The notes under the pieces are model-generated. The model did not search any database. It saw nothing but the letters and a program-made list of their open reading frames with translations, and was not told the origin of the DNA. Shown piece by piece: positions 37,455 to 47,891 of a stretch of 64,000 nucleotides of DNA (the first letter of the stretch is position 1; every line of letters begins with the position of its first letter). This DNA comes from a virus (Duplodnaviria; Caudoviricetes): IMG/VR virus record IMGVR_UViG_3300028048_002144; one strand, given 5' to 3'. The position numbers and the translations under genes are program-made.

Positions 37455-37894
37455 TATTCCAATCTCCCTTTTACATTCTTAGTCATTTTCTTGTATTCTT
37501 TTAGTTCCTTCTCAGTAAAGTCCGGCAATCTATGCATGTTGTATTCAACTTCGTATGCATTGATCTTGTAATATGGTCTCTTTTTATTGAACATATTACT
37601 GATAACTATTACTAAAAATTTTTCCATTGGTATACCGTATGGTTTTTTAAAGCCACAAAAGAATATCGGTACTCCAAATATCGCTCCTACAATGAGTGAA
37701 AATACATCTATAAATACTGTTCGTAATAAAAAATAAATCGAAACAGATACTACTCCACCAAGTACCAAACAAATAAGTTCTCTTAATTTGAAAGGCCCCA
37801 TAAATTTTGGTTCGTAGGAGTCAATATCTCTTATCATTTCTCGCTCTATTGACATAATATTTCCTTGCCTTTCTTTAGATTCCAAATACATCAC
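37454..37894 (-). CDS. prgI: PrgI-family (VirB3-like) protein
   Basis: DIDSYEPKFMGPFKLRELIC, 2 TM, directly upstream of virB4. Confidence 0.85.
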   Translation of the reverse strand: MMYLESKERQGNIMSIEREMIRDIDSYEPKFMGPFKLRELICLVLGGVVSVSIYFLLRTVFIDVFSLIVGAIFGVPIFFCGFKKPYGIPMEKFLVIVISNMFNKKRPYYKINAYEVEYNMHRLPDFTEKELKEYKKMTKNVKGRLE

Positions 37895-39155
37895 TAGTTA
37901 ACTGTGATGATTTTGCCATTAGCCCTATAGTGGTTATAGGTAAGATAAATCTCGCTACTAAAGCATCACCCGTTCCCGAGGCTGCTTCCATGATTGAACT
38001 ACTTGCCATTTGTGATATAACCAGAATTAAAACTAATACTCCACCTTGTAATACTACTCCTAAGTATTTCTTCATAAATCGTACTGCTGGGGAAGACATT
38101 ATTCCTCCAGAAGAGAAGAAATCGCTTATAGCTATTGGTGCGAATATTGTGTATAAAAGAAGCTGTATAGTTCTTCCGGCTAGGAAAGCTATGCTAATAG
38201 CATTTAAAAATGCATATGCTGTTCCACCAGCTTTTAGTGATTTTGTTTTGTCTTTTATATCACCTATAGAAAATGGTGCACTTGCATATGTAGCTGTTAC
38301 TTTACTTTGTGCTGCAGAATTATTCTCTAAGATTTCAGATTTAATCTCTTTCTTTAATAAACCAGATTGAATACCAGTCTTATCTGGAGATGTATAATCT
38401 CGCATATGCTTATTGTCAATGATACTTTTATCGCCAATCTCAACAAGGTTACTCCAACCATATCCATTAAATTCTTGTTTTAAGAGATCATTATTGAGTC
38501 GTAAGAATCCTACTCCTACCGAATCACCATTTTTATTTCGATTAACTAGTAAAGGATATTCTGGATATTTGCCATCTTTTCTTTCCTTGCCAGTTGCTTT
38601 CCGTTTATAACTTTTTAGGGTTGAATATTCATAATCATTTCCACTACCATATTTAGCCCCTATATTTGAGTATAATACTATTTTCTCATTTGATTGGTCT
38701 GGGTTCGTAAAGCCATTTAATGCCATTTTACTTATTCCATAACCCACTTGATTTAATCCCGTAAATAGATTAAATCCTTCTATGATAAACACCATTGCCG
38801 TGATAAACTCGATTGCCGATCGGACTAACATGTGTTGCGTTAACTGATCTTTGGTTAACTTATCTATTAAGGCAAATAACCACCACATAACCGTTAATCC
38901 TACACCTACTACTGCTAATGCTTTATATGCAGGCTCACATTTTTGCCATGCACTAGATAGTGGTCCGTTCATGACATCCATATATTTTAATGCTGTAGCA
39001 TATGTATCTGGGCTAGACACCTTTACATATTCATGTGAAAATTCGGCTAGTCGGTAGGCTCTTTGACAATTTAATCCAGAGCCATTAGTTATACTAGACA
39101 TGGAGTTTTCATTCATTTGTTCAAATAATGAACTAAACCATTCTACTATCTTCAT
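37875..39155 (-). CDS. VirB6-like polytopic T4SS protein
   Basis: GRTIQLLLYTIFAPIAIS...RFMKKYLGVVLQG; multiple TM; synteny. Confidence 0.75.
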   Translation of the reverse strand: MKIVEWFSSLFEQMNENSMSSITNGSGLNCQRAYRLAEFSHEYVKVSSPDTYATALKYMDVMNGPLSSAWQKCEPAYKALAVVGVGLTVMWWLFALIDKLTKDQLTQHMLVRSAIEFITAMVFIIEGFNLFTGLNQVGYGISKMALNGFTNPDQSNEKIVLYSNIGAKYGSGNDYEYSTLKSYKRKATGKERKDGKYPEYPLLVNRNKNGDSVGVGFLRLNNDLLKQEFNGYGWSNLVEIGDKSIIDNKHMRDYTSPDKTGIQSGLLKKEIKSEILENNSAAQSKVTATYASAPFSIGDIKDKTKSLKAGGTAYAFLNAISIAFLAGRTIQLLLYTIFAPIAISDFFSSGGIMSSPAVRFMKKYLGVVLQGGVLVLILVISQMASSSIMEAASGTGDALVARFILPITTIGLMAKSSQLTSDVFGI

Positions 39156-39227
39156 TAAAAATACCTACTTCCTTATAAAATAAGGCTCCGATAATCAATA
39201 GATACCAGAGCCTTATTCCTATTTTTC

Positions 39228-39647
39228 TTAGCTAATATACTGTGATGCTCCACCACCTACAGCATTGAAGAATGTCTTGATTACCTGTAAAATAGCAATA
39301 AGGATAATCGCAATTCCTACGTTTACTGCATTCTGCTTTGCTCTTTCACCGTTCTGTTCGTTCATTGCGGAGAACCACTGTACAATAGACATAATTCCAT
39401 ATACTGCTCCGACACCCTGGACGATCATAACTGCGTAGTTTACTACTACCTTGATTCCACCTTTGATGTTAGGATCATCTGCACATACTTGCATTACTCT
39501 TAACAATGGTGTACTCAGAACTGCTGTTTCAGCCATTACTTCAAGTTCAAGCTTCTTATCAGCAATTCGGTCTTTAATTTTTGTTAAAGCTTTCATGTTG
39601 TTCCTCTTTTCTTTTTCTCTGTTGCTGAGTTTCGTGCTTACTAGCAC
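39228..39647 (-). CDS. VirB2/pilin-like T4SS membrane protein (likely start MKALT)
   Basis: two hydrophobic helices, upstream of VirB6-like gene. Confidence 0.55.
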   Translation of the reverse strand: MLVSTKLSNREKEKRNNMKALTKIKDRIADKKLELEVMAETAVLSTPLLRVMQVCADDPNIKGGIKVVVNYAVMIVQGVGAVYGIMSIVQWFSAMNEQNGERAKQNAVNVGIAIILIAILQVIKTFFNAVGGGASQYIS

Positions 39648-39683
39648 ATATATATTATGACTACTTTTTTGCCATTTTTATCA

Positions 39684-40436
39684 CTACTGCGCAGGAGTAG
39701 GTATCGCATCCTTTTCCTGGATTCCATTTACAGGAGATTCTATAATTTTGTCGTTATGTTTTATTTCAGTAAACATTGTTTTCATACCATCGTATGCTTG
39801 TTTACCGAAATCAGTTTTAGTAAATACAAAAAATCCGACTAAGAATACTACTGCTCCTACAAATAGTGTTTTGGCTAATTCTATTGCCCAACCATAATTT
39901 TTAGCTTTCTTTATAGGCGTTTCTGTATATTCGATTTTTGGTGGGATATATGATTCTTTTGGCGGTTCCTTTTTCTTGTCTTTAAGGTTTTCGCTCAGTT
40001 CTTTGATAGCATCTACTACTTCATTATTAGATGTATTATCGTTTTTTCTTCTTTTCTTTTTATTTCCAGAAAAGCTTTTACCCATCACCATTTCGTATCT
40101 GTCTTTTAATACTTCTTTTAAATCGGCATCTGGGCAAGTAAATTCCTGGTTATCAATGTTTACGTATATTACTCCACCAGTTTTATCAGAGTCTTCTACA
40201 TAATCGTATACGACTCCTTCTTCAATTAATGCAGCTAAGACTCTTGTATATAAAGCATTTACTTCGTCTATTTTTTCAATAGGCTCATTCTTATTTATAC
40301 AATCATCTTCCGTCTGCTTTTTTAGTATCATGAGATTTTTTAAAATCATCATGTAATAATGCTTTTTTTCATATAGAAGATTATTGACTGTCCCAGTCTT
40401 ATTCGCTATCTCCTGCATAGATCTCAAACCTCTCAA
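39684..40436 (-). CDS. hypothetical protein with C-terminal TM
   Basis: 250 aa ORF in operon. Confidence 0.65.
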   Translation of the reverse strand: MRGLRSMQEIANKTGTVNNLLYEKKHYYMMILKNLMILKKQTEDDCINKNEPIEKIDEVNALYTRVLAALIEEGVVYDYVEDSDKTGGVIYVNIDNQEFTCPDADLKEVLKDRYEMVMGKSFSGNKKKRRKNDNTSNNEVVDAIKELSENLKDKKKEPPKESYIPPKIEYTETPIKKAKNYGWAIELAKTLFVGAVVFLVGFFVFTKTDFGKQAYDGMKTMFTEIKHNDKIIESPVNGIQEKDAIPTPAQ

Positions 40437-41001
40437 GAATCAAATCATCTCTTTTGATCTTCTTATTATCGTCTCGCTCCTTAAACTTTGTCTGGATACT
40501 GCAAAAAGCTACAATATCATTTCCTTCTTTTAATTCGTTTGTCTTATAAAAATCGCTGTCAGCGTTATAGATTGTTACTTTGACAGTATTTTCCTTACAA
40601 GATACAGTTAAGGTCTTGATATTATCAGTTAGTTCATTAATAGCTACAATCTGTCCAGATACCTTAACTGTGTTTTCAAATGCCTTATCAGTAGCAGGAG
40701 ACTCTAAAAGGCTCTTTGCTTTCTTGATCTGATATCCACTGAATTCCTGACTGATCTTAAAAGAATTGTTATCATTGTTTTTAATCTTGATAGTTTCAAT
40801 AGAACCTAGAATTTCAACTCGGTCCTTCTTCTCAAACTTTTCAGCTTCTTTTGCGTTCTCGCCAGTAAATACAACTGTAGGGAAATTAGGTACCTTCTTT
40901 GTTTTGGTGTATACCTGCATTACTACAATTCCTGGCATCTTTTTGATGTTAGTGATTTTTCCTTTAATCACTCCCATATTCTCGTTCTTAACTCTACTCA
41001 T
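40399..41001 (-). CDS. tandem OB-fold ssDNA-binding-like protein
   Basis: two repeats of N-V-I-G-I...V(E/A)-GSI(E/Q)T pattern typical of SSB OB folds. Confidence 0.6.
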   Translation of the reverse strand: MSRVKNENMGVIKGKITNIKKMPGIVVMQVYTKTKKVPNFPTVVFTGENAKEAEKFEKKDRVEILGSIETIKIKNNDNNSFKISQEFSGYQIKKAKSLLESPATDKAFENTVKVSGQIVAINELTDNIKTLTVSCKENTVKVTIYNADSDFYKTNELKEGNDIVAFCSIQTKFKERDDNKKIKRDDLILERFEIYAGDSE

Positions 41002-41026
41002 TTTTCTTTTCCTCTCTTTAATTTGA

Positions 41027-41452
41027 TTAGTTTAATAAAAAATTTGGTAATAATATAATGAAAAGCACTGCCATAATAAGTAGATATAATTTATCTTTAG
41101 TATCTACCTCTATATAGGTGCCATCATTTACGGGTAAATATCCTATAGGAATTCCTTCTAAACGGTCATATACGTTTATTATTTGCCCTCTTTTAGTCTT
41201 TAGGGCATTTATAGGTGAATTCCCAAACAAACGTCTTCTGGTTAAGAAGATGTGGCCTTTTACCTCACCAGGAGGTAACGTATAGCCTTTTATTTGCTCA
41301 GCTTTTAAAAACGTTACCCCTCTTTTGGTTTGGGTAATAAATTTATAATCATCTTCGTCATAGCCATATTTGAAGAAATCTTCTTTAAAATTAGAATTTT
41401 CTTCTAAATATGTATTCAATAAAATTGATTTTCTCTTCTCTCTTTTTCTCAT
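41027..41452 (-). CDS. hypothetical protein with C-terminal TM
   Basis: 141 aa, AAGGTG RBS. Confidence 0.65.
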   Translation of the reverse strand: MRKREKRKSILLNTYLEENSNFKEDFFKYGYDEDDYKFITQTKRGVTFLKAEQIKGYTLPPGEVKGHIFLTRRRLFGNSPINALKTKRGQIINVYDRLEGIPIGYLPVNDGTYIEVDTKDKLYLLIMAVLFIILLPNFLLN

Positions 41453-41462
41453 AGCTCACCTT

Positions 41463-42821
41463 TTAATTATCAACTCGTGTACCATCTTCATAGATTCTGA
41501 ATGTGCTTGTAGATAAATCACAGTCACTATAATTATTAGTGTTCTTTAAGATGATTCGATAAAGTCCTACATCTAATCCCTCTAAAGTAATAGTCTTATT
41601 TACATTTTCCTTTAAAGTTTTTATCTTTTTAGGCTTATCAATTGTTCCATCTTCTTTTATCTTCGCATAGTAAAGAGTTGGTTTCTTCTTATTGTCTGGA
41701 TCTCTCTTTGCTCCAATAGCGACTTTGATGGATACTTTATCAAATGCTTCATCATCACTAGTTATATTTACATCTCTATAAAGAGTAGATGTTTTATCCT
41801 GTACAGAATCGTAATCGCTATATTCAACGTCTGGAGCATCTTCATCTTTCTTTGCAGGGTTAAATGTTTCTTCGCCCTTATCGTCATACTGGATAATAGA
41901 TTCGTTTTTATTCTTTTCACCGTCTTCTGGATTTACATATTTAAAGATTCCGAAATCATTTATAGAATAATATCCGGTCTTTAAATACTCTGGGAGCTTA
42001 ATCTTCATTACTCCGTCTTTTACGAATTCATATCCTTCACATTCGAAGGTACTCTTTTCCATTGATGAGAAAATTCTAGTATCTGCCTGTACTTTCTTTA
42101 CATATCGTTTAGTTCCGATATATACTTCCATTTCATACCAGGAGTTTCTCTTTAGACCTTTTATAGTTCCACTTTTTGATACATCATCTTTAGTGATGTT
42201 CTGTTTTCCTAGTTTTGCTATAGATACTGCAGGCGGTTCATCAGCATCAGATTCAAAAGCTCCTTTAGCAAAACTCATAGTAGAACCGTTCTTAATTCCG
42301 CATCCGTCCTGCGCTTTAACTATGTACTGATCGATATTGTCGATATTTCGATACAGTCCATAAATTCCAACACTCACTCCGTGATCATAGAAATGTTCTA
42401 GTGTTAGTTTATCTGGCAATTTTTCCTGGGATTTGAATATTAGTTCATCTCCCTTTCTCAATGTTGGTATTTTGTCGTCATTTTTAGCTAACATCCAAAA
42501 TATTCTTTTACCACTTCCGATATCAGTTGTACTTCCAGTTACAGCTCCTTCTTTGTATACTGGAGTGAAAATTTTATTTTTATAATTCTTGAATTTAGAT
42601 GTATCTACAGAAATATCTGAAGCTAAATCTTTTTGCTTGGAATCATGCCATACATAATAAGCTTTATCCATTAATTCATTTGAATCATTAGTAGCAAATG
42701 AATCATCCGTTTTTAACTTTTCTGTTTCAGCATTCTTACTATTTCGTATAATAGAACATCCACTCAAGGTTCCGAGTAACAACGGGATAACTAATAACCC
42801 GCAAAGTTTTCGTTTATTCAT
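41463..42821 (-). CDS. lipoprotein
   Basis: MNKRKLCGLLVIPLLLGTLSGC lipobox; native RBS displaced by an insertion. Confidence 0.75.
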   Translation of the reverse strand: MNKRKLCGLLVIPLLLGTLSGCSIIRNSKNAETEKLKTDDSFATNDSNELMDKAYYVWHDSKQKDLASDISVDTSKFKNYKNKIFTPVYKEGAVTGSTTDIGSGKRIFWMLAKNDDKIPTLRKGDELIFKSQEKLPDKLTLEHFYDHGVSVGIYGLYRNIDNIDQYIVKAQDGCGIKNGSTMSFAKGAFESDADEPPAVSIAKLGKQNITKDDVSKSGTIKGLKRNSWYEMEVYIGTKRYVKKVQADTRIFSSMEKSTFECEGYEFVKDGVMKIKLPEYLKTGYYSINDFGIFKYVNPEDGEKNKNESIIQYDDKGEETFNPAKKDEDAPDVEYSDYDSVQDKTSTLYRDVNITSDDEAFDKVSIKVAIGAKRDPDNKKKPTLYYAKIKEDGTIDKPKKIKTLKENVNKTITLEGLDVGLYRIILKNTNNYSDCDLSTSTFRIYEDGTRVDN

Positions 42822-43047
42822 AAAATTATTCAGGTGCGGAAACCCACTACCTTTAGGTGGTGGGAGGAGCACCGTCCTCCTTTCGTTATGATATAGAATC
42901 TTGTCTCTCTGTTAAAAACAGTTTTGGCTTTTCTACCAACTGTATTCTCTCGTAACGTAGTGCTAACGAATTTCTGCTGTTGCACTTAGGCTAGTCAACT
43001 TTGGGCTTCTGCAAGCCCATTCCCTTTAGGGAATGGGTAGTTGACAT
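42822..43047 (-). mobile_element. internally deleted IscB-type IS200/IS605 element (truncated omegaRNA)
   Basis: GTCAACTACCC-hairpin-GGGCTTG...GTTGACTAGCCTAAG...CTACGTT start; CCCACCACCTAAAGGTAGTGGG end hairpin; no ORF. Confidence 0.75.
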
Positions 43048-43056
43048 GAAACACCT

Positions 43057-43650
43057 CTAATTTAACCTGATCATGCCCTCTACATCATTAGGGTTTATAT
43101 CTTCCTCGCTATCAAATTTCTTAATATGATTTAATGCCATGTTTAGCTGAGCATATTCAGCGCTTTCTGGCTGCTGATCTAAGAATATGAGTGCATTTAT
43201 TTGTGATTGATATATAGCGTCTTCTTTTTCTTCGTTATTATTAGCTAAAAAGTACGCCATTTCTTTTGCATCTTGGTTCTCAAGAGTATTTACGCACTCT
43301 AATATCTTTACCCATTTAGGAATTAAATTAATTGCATCCTGGATAAAAATTCGATATCTACTAAATGACTCTTCTAATTCAGCATTAGATAAATTTTCAT
43401 TAAGAGTTTTGATCTGGATAGTTACGCCATTTTTATTCGCTTCATTTAATGGAATCGAAAGCTCTAATGGTTCTACAGAATGAATCTTGCTTTCTTTTCC
43501 ATCTTCATCCTTTAATACAAATTCTAATCGCAATTTTGAAGTGTCTTTATTACAGTACACTCTTAATATATTTCCAAATTCATCATCGTATCGGCAAACG
43601 CCTTTATCTAAAAATAGATTCTTCTTTAAAACTAACATTCTTTCCTCCAA
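43057..43650 (-). CDS. hypothetical protein
   Basis: ~190 aa, promoter motif at ~43704. Confidence 0.65.
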   Translation of the reverse strand: MEERMLVLKKNLFLDKGVCRYDDEFGNILRVYCNKDTSKLRLEFVLKDEDGKESKIHSVEPLELSIPLNEANKNGVTIQIKTLNENLSNAELEESFSRYRIFIQDAINLIPKWVKILECVNTLENQDAKEMAYFLANNNEEKEDAIYQSQINALIFLDQQPESAEYAQLNMALNHIKKFDSEEDINPNDVEGMIRLN

Positions 43651-43787
43651 TTTTTGGTTGCGTATATTTTTGATATGTTGTTTAGAAATCTTTCTATATT
43701 AATTATGACAGACTGCCAAATCTACATTTGGGCATTATAAAAGCCTGTGCAAGTGGTTAACTTGCAACAGGCCCTTTATTAATATGC

Positions 43788-45281
43788 TTAATACACTCCT
43801 AAGTCTCCGAAGTTTCCCATGAAGGCTAGGAAGAATACTACCATGTCTATCATTAGTTTAGCTCCACCAAATATTTGTGGAGATAAGAATAACATGTACA
43901 TACCGGCTATTGAGTTTTCATTAGCTAATCGCTCGGCTTTGTCTAACATTAAGTTATTTCGATTAATAATGTCTCGTATCTGCTGATTAACATCTCCACC
44001 AGATCCATTAGATATTGCATAGAACAACTTCATAGATGATGTTATTTCAGGCATATCAAAGAATTTCATGAATTCTATATATGGAAGTGATGCGTTAGGG
44101 TTTTCAGTTAAAGCATTACTTAACTTGATAAGTTCTGGCTTTAATACCTCTCCAGCAGAATTAATACTCTTATACAATGCTACCTGTACGTTATTTGACT
44201 GCATAAGAAGTGCCATTTCCATTAGCCATCTAGGGAACTGGATAGTAATTTCTTTCTTTAAGAGCTTTAATCTCTTTGCGTATACAATCTTATGTCTTAA
44301 TAGAATGAATACAGCGAAGAATGCAGCTAATACTAAAGCAAACCATTCAGCAGTATAAAAAGCTAATAATACTAAAATAATGGGAATTACTAGCATCTTT
44401 AAACTCTTCATAAATTCCGTTTTAGCATCATAGTTCATTATATACTTATAGTATCGTCTTACTTCGTTAGGGTTCATATTCTCTGTTCCTTTTAACCAGG
44501 ATACAGAAATACTTTTATCTGTAAGGTAATATATAAACAAACTAGCTATGAATAATAAAGTAGATGTAACCTGTGTCAGAACCAAGTTCGAGATATTTAC
44601 CTGGGATGGTAATATTCTCTCCATGATGATACAGATGAGATATGATGTAATGATTGACATCATAATTGTCGTTTTCTTCTGTTTCTTTTCCTTCTGGAAG
44701 TCAAGTGTTCTGTCTACCCATTTAGTTCTATCAACAAGAAGAAGTTCAATAGTATCATCTACATCTCCTCCTCGTCTTTCAGCTTCAATTAGTACCTTAT
44801 GTGCCTGCTTCATCTTGTTACAATCATATTCTTTTTCGATATGATCAAGTGCAACTTCGATATTCTTATCTGTTACTAACTGCTCTGCTTCTCGGATTAA
44901 CTTTCCCATTGGCCCATTTGCAAATAATGGTTCTACTTCCTTTAGAGATGTTAGTATTTTCTTATTTCCTCTGAATGAATAAAGCATTTGTTCTATATAC
45001 TGAGATACATCAGAGAACTTCTGCTGTTCAAATCTCTGCTTATATGCATTCATTATAATGGCTGGTAAGAATATAAATCCGGCCATTAGAGTAATAGACA
45101 TAAATGGTGGTGTTAGCTTAAACATGAATCCAGCTACTACAGTTAAGAAGAAATATACAAGGAAAATTATAAGGATACTTTTTACGGATATCTCATATCC
45201 ATAAGTCTTTACCTCTGAACTTATATTCTTCCAACTCATATAGTGGATTAAGCTTTGTATCTTTTTCTTTAGCTTTTCCAT
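43788..45281 (-). CDS. fused TadB/TadC-like pilus platform protein
   Basis: two T2SSF-like halves with TM pairs, downstream of CpaF ATPase. Confidence 0.7.
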   Translation of the reverse strand: MEKLKKKIQSLIHYMSWKNISSEVKTYGYEISVKSILIIFLVYFFLTVVAGFMFKLTPPFMSITLMAGFIFLPAIIMNAYKQRFEQQKFSDVSQYIEQMLYSFRGNKKILTSLKEVEPLFANGPMGKLIREAEQLVTDKNIEVALDHIEKEYDCNKMKQAHKVLIEAERRGGDVDDTIELLLVDRTKWVDRTLDFQKEKKQKKTTIMMSIITSYLICIIMERILPSQVNISNLVLTQVTSTLLFIASLFIYYLTDKSISVSWLKGTENMNPNEVRRYYKYIMNYDAKTEFMKSLKMLVIPIILVLLAFYTAEWFALVLAAFFAVFILLRHKIVYAKRLKLLKKEITIQFPRWLMEMALLMQSNNVQVALYKSINSAGEVLKPELIKLSNALTENPNASLPYIEFMKFFDMPEITSSMKLFYAISNGSGGDVNQQIRDIINRNNLMLDKAERLANENSIAGMYMLFLSPQIFGGAKLMIDMVVFFLAFMGNFGDLGVY

Positions 45282-45298
45282 ATGTGGATCCTTTCTGA

Positions 45299-46783
45299 TT
45301 ACTTCTGGCTTTTATATGCCATAATCTTTTCCTCTATTGAATTTTCATCTTGTATTAGTTCTGGTTCAAGGGCAGCCATTTTTATATTTTCATTATTATT
45401 CTCATCTGAATTATTCTTGTTTGGTTCAGTATCATTAGCCTTTACAACATCAGTAGCTTTTAAATTAAGCTTATCTCCCCAAATAGCTGCAGCTTTTTCT
45501 TTGTCCATTTTATCTTTCTTTGTTTCTTTATAGCCCTGCTCTATTAAGTTTTCTTTTACAAGCTCATTTTCAAATGGATTTGTAATCTGGGCATTCTTGA
45601 ATTTCTTCTTTATCTTTGAAGGAATTACTGTTCGATAGAATTCTCCATCATCTAATAACAGATAACATTTATTTTCCCCTTCATCATTTGAGAAGAATCC
45701 GATCTGATCGATATATCGTCTCTGTCCACCTTTTCCATCTGGTTTCATAGATACCATGATCGCTACATCTATGAATTCATATACGTTATTCTTGAATCGC
45801 TTCTCTACAATACTATCATCAATCATGTTTACCATTCGTTCTGGTACTTTTCTTACATCATCTGTATGTAGTGTAGTGATTCCGTTTACACCAGTAGTAA
45901 ATCCCTGCATAAGATACTTAACTTCGTTTGCTCTTGTTTCAGCGATCATTATCCAGTCTGGATTCTGCTTTAGTGATGCTACAATTGCGTCTGAATATGT
46001 AATATCTTTATTAGTCTTCATTTCAATTACATCTGCAGTTGGATTCAAGGCTTTATAATGCCATTCAAGTACATCTTCAATAGTGATTACTCTTTCGAGA
46101 TCAGGGATATACTTTGAAATAAATTTTGCAAGCTCTGTTTTTCCGGCTCCAGGGTTTCCACAAATAATTACATTCATATGTGCTTTTACGAAATTAGCAA
46201 GCAAACATAATACTGGTTCGCTTACATAAGCTTCTTCAAGAGCTTTACCTTCTTTGATTCGTTCTACTACAGGTGTCTTTCTGATACAGATAGATAATCC
46301 TGTCTGAGCAATAGATGGATGCACAGATGAAAAACGAAGATCTTTTGTTTCAGCTTCCAAGAATGGATTCTTCTGATTGAATTCCTGGGACTGGATATTT
46401 GCTACGTTCTGCGCAAGCTTTGTCATAGCTTCGATTGTTAATTTACTCTTATCGAAGTATTCTGGTGTATGTCCATCTTCGATTTCTTTTCCATTTGCAT
46501 CGTATTTCGCTAACATATCCTCTCCGTCTTTAGCTTTCCAATGACGGTTATAGATATCTGTTAATACTAATTCTCCATTGTTATAGTCTACGTCAGTTAT
46601 ATCTGTATTCTGTACGTAACCTTTAATGGATTCGAAATCCTCTATAAACAACTGAAATCCAGCATGTGTTTCTGATGCCTGGACTCCTTCTTTCTGTTCG
46701 ATCTTTTCTTTTATTGTGAATGCGTCATCTGAAAAAACGTTTTTATTATCAATCGTTTCTTCGGGTATTTTTTTATTGAACAT
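45299..46783 (-). CDS. tadA: CpaF/TadA pilus assembly ATPase
   Basis: GNPGAGKT, ITIEDVLE, LKQNPDWIMIAETR, ITTLH. Confidence 0.85.
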   Translation of the reverse strand: MFNKKIPEETIDNKNVFSDDAFTIKEKIEQKEGVQASETHAGFQLFIEDFESIKGYVQNTDITDVDYNNGELVLTDIYNRHWKAKDGEDMLAKYDANGKEIEDGHTPEYFDKSKLTIEAMTKLAQNVANIQSQEFNQKNPFLEAETKDLRFSSVHPSIAQTGLSICIRKTPVVERIKEGKALEEAYVSEPVLCLLANFVKAHMNVIICGNPGAGKTELAKFISKYIPDLERVITIEDVLEWHYKALNPTADVIEMKTNKDITYSDAIVASLKQNPDWIMIAETRANEVKYLMQGFTTGVNGITTLHTDDVRKVPERMVNMIDDSIVEKRFKNNVYEFIDVAIMVSMKPDGKGGQRRYIDQIGFFSNDEGENKCYLLLDDGEFYRTVIPSKIKKKFKNAQITNPFENELVKENLIEQGYKETKKDKMDKEKAAAIWGDKLNLKATDVVKANDTEPNKNNSDENNNENIKMAALEPELIQDENSIEEKIMAYKSQK

Positions 46784-46863
46784 ATTTTTTCCTTTCTTTT
46801 AAAAAAGAGGCTCTAGTAATAGAGCCTCTATCTTTTTGCCTTTTTAGGGCTTTCTTACAGTTA

Positions 46864-47067
46864 TTATGGGTTTGGTTTAGCATCTGGAGTATTGATACTT
46901 GAATTATTCTTCTGCTGGAGAGAATCTGTCTGTGTCTTGAAGTCACTTACGATTCCCTTCATATTTGCATCAATTGTTCCTCTCAAGGAAATTACAATTC
47001 CGATCAGAATAATACATGCTACTGCAGTGATAATCGTTGGTCCCCATTCACGTAAAAATGATACCAT
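46864..47067 (-). CDS. Flp-like pilin
   Basis: 67 aa, short leader then hydrophobic helix, first gene of the tad unit, AGGAGG RBS. Confidence 0.55.
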   Translation of the reverse strand: MVSFLREWGPTIITAVACIILIGIVISLRGTIDANMKGIVSDFKTQTDSLQQKNNSSINTPDAKPNP

Positions 47068-47342
47068 AAGTCTTTTCCTCCTAAGTTGAATAAAAAGTTT
47101 ATATTAGCAAGGGCTTAATTGCTTTTAACAAAATCCCCATTGCTCTTTTAGTTTTTTGCGGTAATCTGGAGTAACAAGAAACATCAGAAAAATCTTGTTA
47201 CTCCTTCTACCTTACCGAGTTAGTTTTGTTCGGAGCTTTGCTTTTGTTAGATAACTTGGACCTATCCTTCCTTATTATCTTCGCATTGCTCTTACTATTA
47301 AAAATATGACAGATAGATAAATCTGCTATATTTTATCGAAGC

Positions 47343-47891
47343 TTACACATACGAATTCTGTAAAAACTCTATTGTTTTTTCGTGGTAATTAGCATTCTCC
47401 GTCTTACTCATTAAATCGAACGCTTCTTCTCTAGTTAATGCGTCTCGATATGGTCTTGACGATGTTAATGCTTCATACACATCTATCGTATGCAGGATCT
47501 TTGCATATTCTAGTATCTTTTCCGTTTTCTTAAATTCAACCGGCATTAATGTTTCAGGATTTTCAGTATGATGATACAGTATGATGTATCGAACTTCTTC
47601 ACTTATGTTCGTTTCATTTAATAGTTCAAAACTAAAATATGCATGGTAGTTAACTATCTTTCTTTCAAGATTAGTTAATCGTCCAGGTTTATTCAGAATG
47701 CTTTCTGATAGGTAATATTTTCCTACGTCATGGAATAATGCTGCGGTAGATAAAACCCCTTCATCTAAATTTAGGGTTTGTTCTAAAACCTTCGCTATGT
47801 TATACATTCTGATACTGTGTCTTCGGGTAATTAAGGGTAATCTCTCTACGAGTTCACTTTCCTTATCTCCCCACTGGTCAAAATTTTCCAT
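47343..47891 (-). CDS. HD-GYP-type phosphohydrolase (GYP motif degenerate)
   Basis: HSIR, ALFHDVGK, ILNKPGRLT, YHH-E, DVYEALTSSRPYR. Confidence 0.8.
   Translation of the reverse strand: MENFDQWGDKESELVERLPLITRRHSIRMYNIAKVLEQTLNLDEGVLSTAALFHDVGKYYLSESILNKPGRLTNLERKIVNYHAYFSFELLNETNISEEVRYIILYHHTENPETLMPVEFKKTEKILEYAKILHTIDVYEALTSSRPYRDALTREEAFDLMSKTENANYHEKTIEFLQNSYV

Noticed and set aside
47068-47300. c-di-GMP-I/II riboswitch in the pilin leader
   Set aside because: I could not find the GEMM consensus (GGCAAA...GAAA...GCAAA with paired stems); left as an unknown structured leader
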